Positions 28,380 through 37,605 of a stretch of DNA of 64,000 nt are shown here, piece by piece. The notes below the pieces were generated by a model that saw nothing but the letters and a program-made list of their open reading frames with translations, had not been told where the DNA came from and ran no database searches. The stretch covers positions 4,863-68,862 of the forward strand of contig CAUSUW010000002.1 in the NCBI GenBank assembly GCA_963535095.1, written 5' to 3'. Both the position numbers and the translations under genes were made by a program. Within the stretch, counting starts at the first letter, position 1. The number at the start of each line of letters is the position of its first letter. This DNA is from an uncultured Gemella sp. (GTDB lineage: Bacteria; Bacillota; Bacilli; Staphylococcales; Gemellaceae).

Positions 28380-28406
28380 TTATTAATTTATAAAACCACT
28401 GGTACT
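28380..28406. repeat. 28-bp motif copy 3, inverted, beside right arm sites
   Basis: Reverse complement AGTACCAGTGGTTTTATAAATTAATAA (1 mismatch over 27 bp). Confidence 0.8.
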
Positions 28407-28544
28407 AAATTTATTGTATAGTTTCCGTTGACTTTCCGAAAAGTTAGTGTATTTTAGTTATAACTAGAAAAGAGTAAAATACAGAATGCAGAAATAACAA
28501 CGTTTTGGAAAGTCAAGAAATAGTATTGTAAATAGTATTTATAA

Positions 28545-28562
28545 GTCAAAAAATGAAATAAA
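28545..28562 (+). repeat. Putative attR core (displaced original mutM 3' end)
   Basis: (T)GT CAA AAA ATG AAA TAA then AAAGGAG RBS of yitT. Confidence 0.6.
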
Positions 28563-28573
28563 AAGGAGAATCA

Positions 28574-29422
28574 ATGGAAAGCAGAATAGAATTTTTAAAG
28601 AAATATATAAGTATAATTATTGGATCATTAATTTTTGCGGCGGGATTAGAATTTTTCTTAATTCCAAATAATATTCTAGATGGTGGGGTGATTGGTGTAT
28701 CTATTATTGCACGTCACTATTTGGGATTACCACTTGGGATTTTCATACTAATATTTAACATTCCATTTTTATATTTGGGATATAAGCAGATAGGTAAAGG
28801 ATTCGCGATTGCTTCTATTTTTGGAATTGTGGTTTTATCTTTTGCAACTTCATATTTTCATAATTTTTCACCACTTGTTACGGATCCATTTTTAGCATGT
28901 ATTTTCGGTGGGATAATACTTGGAATAGGAGTAGGATTAGTTATTAGAAATGGTGGTACGTTAGATGGAAGTGAGATGTTTTCAATCTATGCTACAAAAA
29001 AATTACCGATTTCTGTAGGTGAAATGGTCCTTGGAATAAATGTTATTATCTTTATCGCTTCTGGATTTGTATTCACATGGGAAGCAGCGTTATATTCTAT
29101 GATAAGTTATTTCGTAGCATCTAAAGTTATGGATATAGTTATTGAGGGACTAAATGATTCTAAATCTGTAATGATTATTACAAGTAATTATCAAATAATA
29201 AGCCAAGAAATTCAAGATCGATTGGGTCGTGGAGTAACTTTATTACATGGAGAAGGTGGCTATTCTGGACAGGAAACAAAAATCATCTTTTGTGTAATCA
29301 CTCGTATAGAGGAATCAAAACTTAAAAAAATAGTCTTTAGAAATGATAAGAATGCATTTCTATCGATTGGAACAGTTAGTGAAGTAAGTGGAGCTAACTT
29401 TAAGAAAAAAGATATACACTAA
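28574..29422 (+). CDS. YitT family membrane protein
   Basis: FLIPN.I.DGG..G, NIPFL..GYK.IG, GGTLDG, RGVTLLHGEGGYSG. Confidence 0.9.
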   Translation: MESRIEFLKKYISIIIGSLIFAAGLEFFLIPNNILDGGVIGVSIIARHYLGLPLGIFILIFNIPFLYLGYKQIGKGFAIASIFGIVVLSFATSYFHNFSPLVTDPFLACIFGGIILGIGVGLVIRNGGTLDGSEMFSIYATKKLPISVGEMVLGINVIIFIASGFVFTWEAALYSMISYFVASKVMDIVIEGLNDSKSVMIITSNYQIISQEIQDRLGRGVTLLHGEGGYSGQETKIIFCVITRIEESKLKKIVFRNDKNAFLSIGTVSEVSGANFKKKDIH

Positions 29423-29427
29423 TAAAT

Positions 29428-29460
29428 TTCCTCTGCAGTTTTTTCTGCAGAGGATTTTTT
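29428..29460 (+). terminator. Intrinsic terminator after yitT
   Basis: TCCTCTGCAG-tttttt-CTGCAGAGGA plus T-tract. Confidence 0.8.
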
Positions 29461-29491
29461 GTGATATAATTAGTATAAAGAGGTGAGAATT

Positions 29492-29824
29492 ATGGAAGAA
29501 TTATATAATTATCTTGCTAAGAGTGAGAGGGTATATTTATTAGAAAGAAGAAAAACAGTAAAATGGTGGCATATAATACTAGATCTTGTAGGCCTATTAT
29601 ATTTTACTGGAGCATATGGAGAAGATAGGACTTATGATTGTTACTTAGTTAAGTTTGAAAAACATTGGGAAATACTAGTGTGTAAAGAAGGGAAAGCACT
29701 AGAAAAAATTAAGCTTAAAGATAAATTTGAATTAAAAAAGACTTTTCTTTGTGCTGGATATAAGTATAAAGTTCACCATGAAATTACACATGAACTATAC
29801 AACTATTTGAAATATTCATGCTAG
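29492..29824 (+). CDS. Hypothetical protein
   Basis: ORF with GAGGTG RBS and upstream TGnTATAAT. Confidence 0.55.
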   Translation: MEELYNYLAKSERVYLLERRKTVKWWHIILDLVGLLYFTGAYGEDRTYDCYLVKFEKHWEILVCKEGKALEKIKLKDKFELKKTFLCAGYKYKVHHEITHELYNYLKYSC

Positions 29825-29886
29825 CATGAGCAAAATTTGTCTAAATATGTTATAATAGACTGATGAATTTTTTAAAGGATAATAAA

Positions 29887-30438
29887 ATGAAAATCAAAGA
29901 AATAATAGTAGTAGAAGGAAGAGATGATACTAATAGGGTAAAAGAAGCAATAGATTGTGATACATTTGAAACTAATGGATCTGCCCTAACTAAGAAAAAA
30001 ATAGAACGTCTAATCTTTCTAGAAAAAACAAGAGGATTAATAGTTTTAACGGATCCTGATTATGCGGGAAAAAGAATTAGAGGTATTATAGAAAAAAATA
30101 TCCCTACGGCAAAACATGCGTATATTTCAAATAAAAAAGCCGTAGATAGTAAAGGGAAAATTGGAATAGAAGCTGCGAGTAAAGAAGATATTATAGCGGC
30201 TATCAAAAATCATTACACACCAATGGATGAGGTGAAAAATGATATAAGTAACGAAATATTAATAGAATTAGGTTTAGTTGGAGGCGCAACTTCTAAAGTT
30301 CTAAGAGAAGAACTTTGTGAAAGATTAAATATAGGTTACACTAATGCTAAACAACTACTAAATAAACTAAATATGTATAATATTTCTAAAGAACGATTAT
30401 TAGAAGAAATGAAAAAAATAAGTAAAGGAATAAAATAA
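29887..30438 (+). CDS. rnmV: Ribonuclease M5
   Basis: TOPRIM IIVVEGRDD, LTDPDYAG, GIEAAS; upstream of rsmA. Confidence 0.93.
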   Translation: MKIKEIIVVEGRDDTNRVKEAIDCDTFETNGSALTKKKIERLIFLEKTRGLIVLTDPDYAGKRIRGIIEKNIPTAKHAYISNKKAVDSKGKIGIEAASKEDIIAAIKNHYTPMDEVKNDISNEILIELGLVGGATSKVLREELCERLNIGYTNAKQLLNKLNMYNISKERLLEEMKKISKGIK

Positions 30439-31298
30439 TGATAGGAACACCCAAGAAAACTTTTGAAATACTAAAAAAACATGGTTTTACATTTAAGAAG
30501 AGCCTAGGACAGAACTTTCTAATAGATGCTAATATTTTAAATAGAATTGTTGATGGAGCTGGGGTAAATGGAAATGTAGGAGTAATAGAAATTGGACCTG
30601 GGATTGGTTCTCTTACAGAAGCGCTAGCTAAAAAAGCTAAAAAAGTAATTTCATTTGAAATTGATGGTAGACTTTTACCGATTTTATCGGAGACACTTGC
30701 TGATTATCCTAATGTTGAAATTATTAATAATGACATTTTAAAAGTTGATGTTGATAAAATAATCGCTGAAAAGATGTCAGATTGTGAAAAAATTATGGTG
30801 GTGGCAAATTTACCATACTACATTACTACGCCAATTTTAACTCATTTAATTGAAAATACTGAAAAGATAGATGGTTATGTAGTTATGATGCAAAAAGAAG
30901 TTGCTAATAGATTAAATGCGAAGGTAGGAACAAAAGATTATAACTCATTAACAATTTTATTAAATTATTATACAGATGTTGAGTATCTATTTACTGTGCC
31001 GAAAAAAGTATTTGTACCAGCACCAAATGTTGAGAGTGCAGTTGTAAAAATTATGACTAAAGAAACTCGAGAATTTGAAACGGATGCTAAATTCTTTAAA
31101 TTCGTACGTTCGTGTTTTGTTCAGCGTAGAAAAACTTTATTAAATAACTTAATTTCAAGTTATGGTAAGGATAAAAAACAAGACTTACAAAATGCTTGTG
31201 TAGATAGTGATATTGAGCCAGGCAGAAGAAGTGAAACTCTAAGTTTAGCAGAATTTTATAATCTATATAATAATTTAACAAATAATAGTTTAATTTAA
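30438..31298 (+). CDS. rsmA: 16S rRNA m6,2A dimethyltransferase
   Basis: KKSLGQNFL, EIGPGIGSLT, ANLPYYITTP, QRRKTL. Confidence 0.96.
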   Translation: MIGTPKKTFEILKKHGFTFKKSLGQNFLIDANILNRIVDGAGVNGNVGVIEIGPGIGSLTEALAKKAKKVISFEIDGRLLPILSETLADYPNVEIINNDILKVDVDKIIAEKMSDCEKIMVVANLPYYITTPILTHLIENTEKIDGYVVMMQKEVANRLNAKVGTKDYNSLTILLNYYTDVEYLFTVPKKVFVPAPNVESAVVKIMTKETREFETDAKFFKFVRSCFVQRRKTLLNNLISSYGKDKKQDLQNACVDSDIEPGRRSETLSLAEFYNLYNNLTNNSLI

Positions 31299-31308
31299 AG
31301 GATAAAAC

Positions 31309-31611
31309 ATGGAAGAATTAAAAACTATAATAACAGAATTTAGGGAAAAAAGAGGATGGGAAAAGTATGATACTTTAGAAAGATTTTCTAAAAGTATTTC
31401 AATAGAAGCGGCAGAATTATTAGAACACTTTCAATGGGATGAACAGGGAGACAATATTCAAGAGATAAAAGATGAATTGGCAGACGTACTTATCTATGCT
31501 CTTGCAATGTGTTATCACCTAAATGAAGATCCTAAGAAGATAATAAAAGAAAAATTAGTAGATGTCGCAAGACGGTATCCAGAAAAATTAAATGAAAAGA
31601 GGTGTGAGTAA
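31309..31611 (+). CDS. MazG-like nucleotide pyrophosphohydrolase
   Basis: SISIEAAELLEHFQW, ELADVLIY. Confidence 0.85.
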   Translation: MEELKTIITEFREKRGWEKYDTLERFSKSISIEAAELLEHFQWDEQGDNIQEIKDELADVLIYALAMCYHLNEDPKKIIKEKLVDVARRYPEKLNEKRCE

Positions 31612-31695
31612 TGCTCACATCTCTTTATGTATATAAGTTTGATATAAAAAAAAGTAATCCTTTATTAGGACTACTTTTTAATGATTTTAATATTA

Positions 31696-32910
31696 CTATC
31701 GACTAGTTTTAGTTTTTAATACACGTACTTCTTTACCTTTGTAGAACATTGCGTAAAGAACTGTTACTCCTATTGTGATAACGGCGCATAGAATGTAGAT
31801 TCCTTGATATGATAAAATTCCGTGAACAGTACCTAAGGCGTATGGTCCAAATCCAAGACCAAGATCTAATCCGATAAAGTATGTAGAAAGTGCGATTCCA
31901 ACTTTAGTAGAATCAACAAGTTTTAAACAAACAGCTTGACCGTTTGACATGAATGTTCCGTAGCCTAATCCAATTAATGCACCAGAGAATAATAACATAA
32001 AGTTACCATTTGTAAAACTTAACATTAATAATCCTAAAGTTAAGAATACGAAACTTGGGTACATAACTGCATTTTCACCACGTGCATCGAAGATACGCCC
32101 TGCAAATGGACGTGTGGCTGTAATAATTAATGCATATACTACAAAGAAGAAAGCACCTGCAGTAGATAAGTTTAAGCTATCAGCATAAATTGATAAGAAT
32201 CCTAGTACACTTGAATATGCTAAACCTATTAAGAAGGCTACAGTAGAGATAAATAATACTCTGTATTCAATAAATGTATTTAATGACCAACTGTTTAGTA
32301 ATTTTTTTTGTTTTTCATCTAACTGAATATTTTTTACTGGGAATAGGAAACAAGCAATTGTAACTGCAACTGATAACACGACAGCTAAAATGATTACTGC
32401 ATTGAATCCTGTAATAGGTAATAATAACATACCGATAAATGGTCCGATAGCAGCGGCTAAACTTGTGCTTAAACCGTAGTAGTTAATTCCTTCACCATTA
32501 CGAGTTTTAGGAATATACGCAGTAACTATTGCATTGGCTGCAGTAGAAATAGTTCCATATGCAAATCCATTTAAGAAGCGGACTGTATCTAAAATAATGA
32601 TATTTGATGAAACTAAATATGCAGCTGTTGTAATTAAATAAATTAAAGCACCAAATCGTAAAATTTCTTTACGACCAATGATTTCTAATTTCTTACCGAT
32701 ATAAAGACGAGCGACAAGTGTTCCAATAATATAAATACCTGCGGCAAAACCTGCTTGTGCTGCAGTAGCACCTAACTCAGATGTGGCATATTTTGCTGTA
32801 ATAACTACAAAACAATAATAAATTAAAAATACGATAAAGTTAATTGCAGTTATTGTGATAAATCCTTTGTTAAATAATTTTTCTCTTTCTATAGCTGAAT
32901 TGCTATCCAT
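31696..32910 (-). CDS. MFS transporter
   Basis: About 12 hydrophobic segments, motif A-like GKKLEIIGRK and GRIFDARG. Confidence 0.88.
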   Translation of the reverse strand: MDSNSAIEREKLFNKGFITITAINFIVFLIYYCFVVITAKYATSELGATAAQAGFAAGIYIIGTLVARLYIGKKLEIIGRKEILRFGALIYLITTAAYLVSSNIIILDTVRFLNGFAYGTISTAANAIVTAYIPKTRNGEGINYYGLSTSLAAAIGPFIGMLLLPITGFNAVIILAVVLSVAVTIACFLFPVKNIQLDEKQKKLLNSWSLNTFIEYRVLFISTVAFLIGLAYSSVLGFLSIYADSLNLSTAGAFFFVVYALIITATRPFAGRIFDARGENAVMYPSFVFLTLGLLMLSFTNGNFMLLFSGALIGLGYGTFMSNGQAVCLKLVDSTKVGIALSTYFIGLDLGLGFGPYALGTVHGILSYQGIYILCAVITIGVTVLYAMFYKGKEVRVLKTKTSR

Positions 32911-33334
32911 AAAAATTCTCCTAACTTATTTTTAATAACATATATTAATAATACTCCTATGAAAATGTATTTTCAAGTGTAAATTTTCATAAAATTGATA
33001 TATTTTCAATTTTATTTTCATGAAAAATACAATCAATGAGAAGTAATATATCCGCTATATATAACAGTATTATCAATACTTTACGAGGTGTATTAATTTT
33101 AAAATGCTAATTTTATAGTTATGAAAACGACCTGTTTTCATAGTTTTCAAAAATGAGTTTGAATGTGAATCGATATAAGTAGTACAGAAATATTAAATAA
33201 AGTTGGGTTAATATATTTATAATATTTTTTTGAAAATAGTTTATCATGAGGGGATTAAGTAGTATAGTTTTATATAATGAAATATAGTGTTTTTTGAATT
33301 ATCAGAATTTTTATATTTTTTTTGAAAAAACATA

Positions 33335-33363
33335 TTGACAATAAAAAAAAGTGTTGTTATAAT
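33335..33363 (+). promoter_or_regulatory. Sigma-A promoter of the ABC transporter operon
   Basis: TTGACA-17 bp-TATAAT with extended TG. Confidence 0.85.
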
Positions 33364-33400
33364 GTAAACAAGAATTAAACGTAAAGGAGAAAAAAGATTT

Positions 33401-33457
33401 ATGAAACTGTATCAAGTTGACACGCTACAATTAAATATTCGTTGGCAAAGCCACTAG
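33401..33457 (+). CDS. Putative Trp-containing leader peptide
   Basis: MKLYQVDTLQLNIRWQSH* with AAAGGAG RBS, followed by alternative hairpins. Confidence 0.6.
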   Translation: MKLYQVDTLQLNIRWQSH

Positions 33458-33637
33458 ATACTGAGTCGATCTTGTTTCTTTTTAACATAGATACGGCTCT
33501 CAGGTGAGAAGTAAGTATCTATGTGGATTATTTGTGATGGGAAAATCGAGGCCACATAGAAATATCTAGGTGGTTTTTTATATTTATTATTAAAAATTAT
33601 ACATAAGGACCACTAGATATACGCTAGTGGTCTTTTT
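33450..33637 (+). promoter_or_regulatory. Transcription attenuator with two terminators
   Basis: TCTATGTGG(33518) complements CCACATAGA(33552); terminators at 33551-33579 and 33606-33637. Confidence 0.6.
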
Positions 33638-33709
33638 ATTATGGATACGCTTCTAAAATTTGATTACAAAAAATATTATTAAAGATAAAAGTAAAAGGAG
33701 ATTATTAAA

Positions 33710-34714
33710 ATGAAAGTAAATAAAATTTTTGTAGCATTCGCGGTATTATTAGTTTGTGTATTAGGTTATGGGTTCTTCTCTAGTAAAAAAGGTGAAGAAA
33801 CTAAAAAGGTTGATAATAAAGAAGTAAAAGTAGGGGTACTTCAATTACTTAGTCACCCAGCTCTTGACCAAATTTATAAAGGTTTAGAAGACGGACTTAA
33901 AAAAGAAGGATATGAAGTTGGTAAGAACTTAAAAATTGATCTTCAAAATGCTCAAGGTGATCAAAGTAACTTAGCAAGTATGGGTCAAAAATTAGTTACA
34001 GATAACAACGATATTTTAGTAGGTATTACAACACCAGCTACTTTATCTCTATCAAACGCAACTAAAGATAAACCAATTATCATGGGTGGTATTACTTATC
34101 CAGTTGAAGCAGGATTAATTAAAGCTGAAGATAAACCAGGAAACAACATTACTGGTGTTAGTGATAGAACGCCAATTAAACAACAACTTGAAATCATGAA
34201 AAAAGTATTACCTAACATGAAGAAAGTTGGAATTCTTTACACAGCAAGTGAAGATAACGCTGTAAAACAAGCTCAAGAAGCTGAAAAATTAGCTAAAGAA
34301 TTAGGATTAGAAGTTAAGGTATCAACAGTAGCAAACACAAATGATATTCAACAAGTAACAGAAAGTCTTGCTTCACAAACTGATGCAATTTTTGTTCCAA
34401 TCGATAACACAATCGCCAGTGCAATGGCAACAGTGGTAAAAGTAACAGACGCTAAGAAAATTCCGGTATTTCCATCTGCAGACACAATGGTAGCTGATGG
34501 AGGACTTTTAGGACTAGGTGTTGACCAATATCAAATCGGTGTTGAGACTGCAAAAGTTGTTGCAAAAGTATTAAAAGGTGCTGACACTAAAGATATGCCA
34601 ATCGTTCTTGCTAATGAAGGTGTAATTTACTTAAATGAAGCAAAAGCAAAACAATTAGGAATTGAAATTCCAAAAGAAATCAAAGATAAAGCAAAAGTAG
34701 TAGATAAAAAATAA
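33710..34714 (+). CDS. Tryptophan/tyrosine-type ABC transporter substrate-binding protein (TrpX-like)
   Basis: ABC_sub_bind pattern QLLSHPALD, NAQGDQ, GNNITGVSD, PIDNT. Confidence 0.85.
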   Translation: MKVNKIFVAFAVLLVCVLGYGFFSSKKGEETKKVDNKEVKVGVLQLLSHPALDQIYKGLEDGLKKEGYEVGKNLKIDLQNAQGDQSNLASMGQKLVTDNNDILVGITTPATLSLSNATKDKPIIMGGITYPVEAGLIKAEDKPGNNITGVSDRTPIKQQLEIMKKVLPNMKKVGILYTASEDNAVKQAQEAEKLAKELGLEVKVSTVANTNDIQQVTESLASQTDAIFVPIDNTIASAMATVVKVTDAKKIPVFPSADTMVADGGLLGLGVDQYQIGVETAKVVAKVLKGADTKDMPIVLANEGVIYLNEAKAKQLGIEIPKEIKDKAKVVDKK

Positions 34715-34867
34715 TATTATTGATATTATATTATTAAACAGCTATTGAGGTAATAAATAATTAAAAAGGGGCGACTCATTAAATCAATAGAAAATAATTA
34801 TTGTTTATGAGTCGCTCCATATTATATAATCTAGTTTAGAGGAAATATTAAATAAAAGAGGTGCGGA

Positions 34868-35743
34868 ATGGATTTATTTATTTCAGCGATTTCACAGGGA
34901 ATGCTGTGGGGAATATTATCGCTTGGATTGTTTATAAGTTTTAGAGTATTAAATATTGCGGATATGACTACAGAAGGTGCCTATCCTTTAGGAGCGGCTG
35001 TTTGTGTTATTTGTATACACAATGGGATTAATCCTATTATAGCTACATTGATTTCTATAGTAGCAGGTATGTTAGCGGGGCTTGTTACAGGATTTTTAAT
35101 TACTGTTTGTAAAATCCCAAGTTTGCTTGCAGGGATCTTGACGATGACGGCATTATTATCGGTAAACCTTAGAATTATGGGTAGACCAAATTTAAGTTTA
35201 ATCAATAAAGATACAATTTTTAGTAAAATTCAAGGATTAAACTTACCAACGCATTATGATACTGTATTTGTTGGAATTATTCTTTCTGGATTAATTATCA
35301 TTGCTATGTCTTTATTCTTCTCAACAGAATTAGGTCAGAGTTTAATTGCAACGGGTGATAATGAGAAAATGGCGACAGCATTAGGTATTTCTACAAAAAC
35401 AATGATGATTTTAGGATTAATGCTTGCTAATGGAATTATTTCTTTAGCTGGTGCAATTTTAGCACAAAATAATGGCTATTCAGATGTTAATAGTGGTATT
35501 GGGGTAATAGTAGTAGCTTTAGCAGCAATTATTATAGGAGAAGTAATTTTCAAAGATGTATCTTTCACAACAAGATTAATTTGTGTAATCTGTGGTGCTA
35601 TAATATACAGATTATTGTTAGTAGGAGTATTAAAATTAAATATTATTGGAGCGAATGACTTTAAACTAGTCTCAGCCTTAGTAATTGCTATATTCTTAAC
35701 TCTACCTCAATTAAAATTAAAAGCTAAGAGAAAGGATGTGTAA
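34868..35743 (+). CDS. ABC transporter permease
   Basis: ISFRVLNIADMTTEG, LLAGILTMT, ATGDN. Confidence 0.88.
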   Translation: MDLFISAISQGMLWGILSLGLFISFRVLNIADMTTEGAYPLGAAVCVICIHNGINPIIATLISIVAGMLAGLVTGFLITVCKIPSLLAGILTMTALLSVNLRIMGRPNLSLINKDTIFSKIQGLNLPTHYDTVFVGIILSGLIIIAMSLFFSTELGQSLIATGDNEKMATALGISTKTMMILGLMLANGIISLAGAILAQNNGYSDVNSGIGVIVVALAAIIIGEVIFKDVSFTTRLICVICGAIIYRLLLVGVLKLNIIGANDFKLVSALVIAIFLTLPQLKLKAKRKDV

Positions 35744-35746
35744 AAA

Positions 35747-36520
35747 ATGTCATTTATAAAAATTAATAAAATAGATAAAACATTCTTTCCTGGAACTATT
35801 AGAGAGCAACATGCTTTAAAAAATGTTAGTCTTGAAATAAAAGATGGTGATTTTATTACTATTCTTGGTGGAAATGGAGCAGGGAAGTCAACTTTTCTTA
35901 ATGCTTTAGCGGGTTCATTCTCACTAGATAGTGGAGAAATCTTAATAGAAGGAAAAGGTGTAAGTAATATAGTAGAACATAAGAGAGCAGGATTTATTAG
36001 TAGAGTTTTCCAAAATCCACTTGATGGAACAGCTCCTCGTATGACTGTAGCGCAAAATATGTCTTTAGCTCTACGTCGTGGTAAAGTTAGAGGTTTTAAA
36101 CCAGGAACTACTAAAGAAAATAGAAAACTTTTTAAAGAGTTGCTAGTGACTTTAGACTTAGGGCTAGAAGATAGATTAGATAGTGAAATGGGTCTTTTAT
36201 CTGGTGGACAACGTCAAGCTATTGCACTTTTAATGGCGACTATGACAACACCTAAACTTTTGCTTCTTGATGAACACACGGCAGCATTAGATCCTAAAAC
36301 ACAGAAGAAGATAATGGAACTTACTCGACAAAAGATTGAAGAGAAAAAATTAACAGCTTTAATGATAACTCACAATATTCAAGATGCGGTGAAATATGGT
36401 AATAGAATAATTGTATTGCACCGTGGAGAGTTAGTTCGAGATATTAGTAAAGAAGAAAAAGAAAAACTAGATGCTAAAGCATTATACGAATTACTTTATA
36501 ATCTTGAAGAAAGTGAATAG
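35747..36520 (+). CDS. ABC transporter ATP-binding protein
   Basis: GGNGAGKST, LSGGQRQ, LLLDEHTAALDP. Confidence 0.92.
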   Translation: MSFIKINKIDKTFFPGTIREQHALKNVSLEIKDGDFITILGGNGAGKSTFLNALAGSFSLDSGEILIEGKGVSNIVEHKRAGFISRVFQNPLDGTAPRMTVAQNMSLALRRGKVRGFKPGTTKENRKLFKELLVTLDLGLEDRLDSEMGLLSGGQRQAIALLMATMTTPKLLLLDEHTAALDPKTQKKIMELTRQKIEEKKLTALMITHNIQDAVKYGNRIIVLHRGELVRDISKEEKEKLDAKALYELLYNLEESE

Positions 36521-36527
36521 GAATCTT

Positions 36528-36564
36528 GGGAGTGACCTGACAAAATTGAGTTTGGGTCACTCTC
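36528..36564. repeat. Short hairpin copy of the dispersed repeat; terminator of ABC operon
   Basis: GGGAGTGACC...GGTCACTCTC plus T-tract. Confidence 0.65.
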
Positions 36565-36627
36565 TCTTTTTATTCATTTTAAATTCATTTTTTTATTTTA
36601 GAATGTTATAGTAAATGAAATTATAAA

Positions 36628-36800
36628 GGGATTAATCCAAAAGATCTGAATTTTAACAAGGGGTAGAGAACTCATGGACGTAGTGATTTATTGATATCTA
36701 AATTCACTGTTTAAGAGATTTTTAAATGTCTAATAAATCACTGCGAGAAGAGACTCGACAAAATCGAGTTCTTTGAAATCACGATTTTTGAGTCACTCCC
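36628..36800. repeat. Dispersed palindromic intergenic repeat (full-length copy)
   Basis: Similar to 170-344. Confidence 0.8.
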
Positions 36801-36939
36801 TTTTTTTATTCATTTTAAATTCATTTTTTTACTATAAAATATTTTTAGATACAGAAGTTACAATATATAAGAACTATTATTTTACATTTAGAAATGAATT
36901 AAGTAAAATATAGAAGAAATTTAGTATGAGGAGATTGTT

Positions 36940-37605
36940 ATGAAGATTCTTGTTGTAGAAGATGAGCGCGATTTGAATAGAATAATTACTAAACATTTAA
37001 AAAAGAATAATTACAGTGTAGATAGCTGTTTCGATGGTGAAGAAGCTTTGGATTTTGTTAGTTATAGTGAGTATGATTTGATTATTACTGATATAATGAT
37101 GCCGAATGTTGATGGTTATGAGTTTATCAAAAGGCTTCGCGAGAGTAAAAATAATACACCAGTAATTATGTTGACGGCAAAAGATACTTTAGAGGACAAA
37201 ATTGTCGGTCTAGATAGTGGAGCTGATGATTATATCGTTAAGCCGTTTGAGTTTGACGAGTTATTAGCTAGAATAAGAGTTTTAATGAGAAGAAACTACG
37301 GTTTAGCGACTAATATTATTCAAGTCGATGATGTTGTTTTGGATATTTCGAAGAAGCAAGTGTTAAGAAATGGACAAAATATTGGATTAACTGGTAAGGA
37401 ATACGAGGTATTAGAATATCTTATGAAAAATAAAGAAAGTATCTTAAGTCGAGATCAGATTCTCAACCATGTTTGGGATTATGATTATGATGGTGCTTCG
37501 AATATAGTCGATGTAATTATAAAAAATATTAGGAAAAAACTAGATAATGGAACGGAAAAAACCATTATTTATACTAAAAGGGGGCTAGGATACTTTGTTA
37601 AATAA
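36940..37605 (+). CDS. OmpR-family response regulator
   Basis: VVEDE, DIMMP, LTAKD, GADDYIVKPF, wHTH ending TKRGLGY. Confidence 0.93.
   Translation: MKILVVEDERDLNRIITKHLKKNNYSVDSCFDGEEALDFVSYSEYDLIITDIMMPNVDGYEFIKRLRESKNNTPVIMLTAKDTLEDKIVGLDSGADDYIVKPFEFDELLARIRVLMRRNYGLATNIIQVDDVVLDISKKQVLRNGQNIGLTGKEYEVLEYLMKNKESILSRDQILNHVWDYDYDGASNIVDVIIKNIRKKLDNGTEKTIIYTKRGLGYFVK

Larger units (their letters stand above)
16047..28562. mobile_element. Phage-inducible chromosomal island (PICI)-like phage satellite, ~12.5 kb, integrated at the mutM 3' end
   Basis: Tyrosine integrase, divergent XRE pair, xis-like gene, primase-SF3 helicase, iteron ori, no virion genes; imperfect flanking repeat GTCAAAAAA(AT/TG)AAATAAA at 16047-16064 and 28545-28562. 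Confidence 0.88.

Noticed and set aside
16106..28438. 17-bp exact repeat TTTCCGTTGACTTTCCG as the att core
   Set aside because: It is internally tandem with an inverted partial copy, like arm-type sites, and the mutM-end repeat rebuilds a sensible mutM-yitT junction. Not fully excluded without an empty-site genome.
16047..28562. Complete or degraded prophage
   Set aside because: No terminase, portal, capsid, tail or lysis genes; size and gene order fit a satellite.
32959..33150. ATGAAAA..TTTTCAT inverted repeats upstream of the MFS gene as a defined operator
   Set aside because: Variable spacing in very AT-rich DNA; cannot be assigned to a regulator.
33380..33640. T-box riboswitch upstream of the ABC transporter
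   Set aside because: No GGTGGnACC(G/A)CG T-box motif seen; the leader-peptide model fits better.
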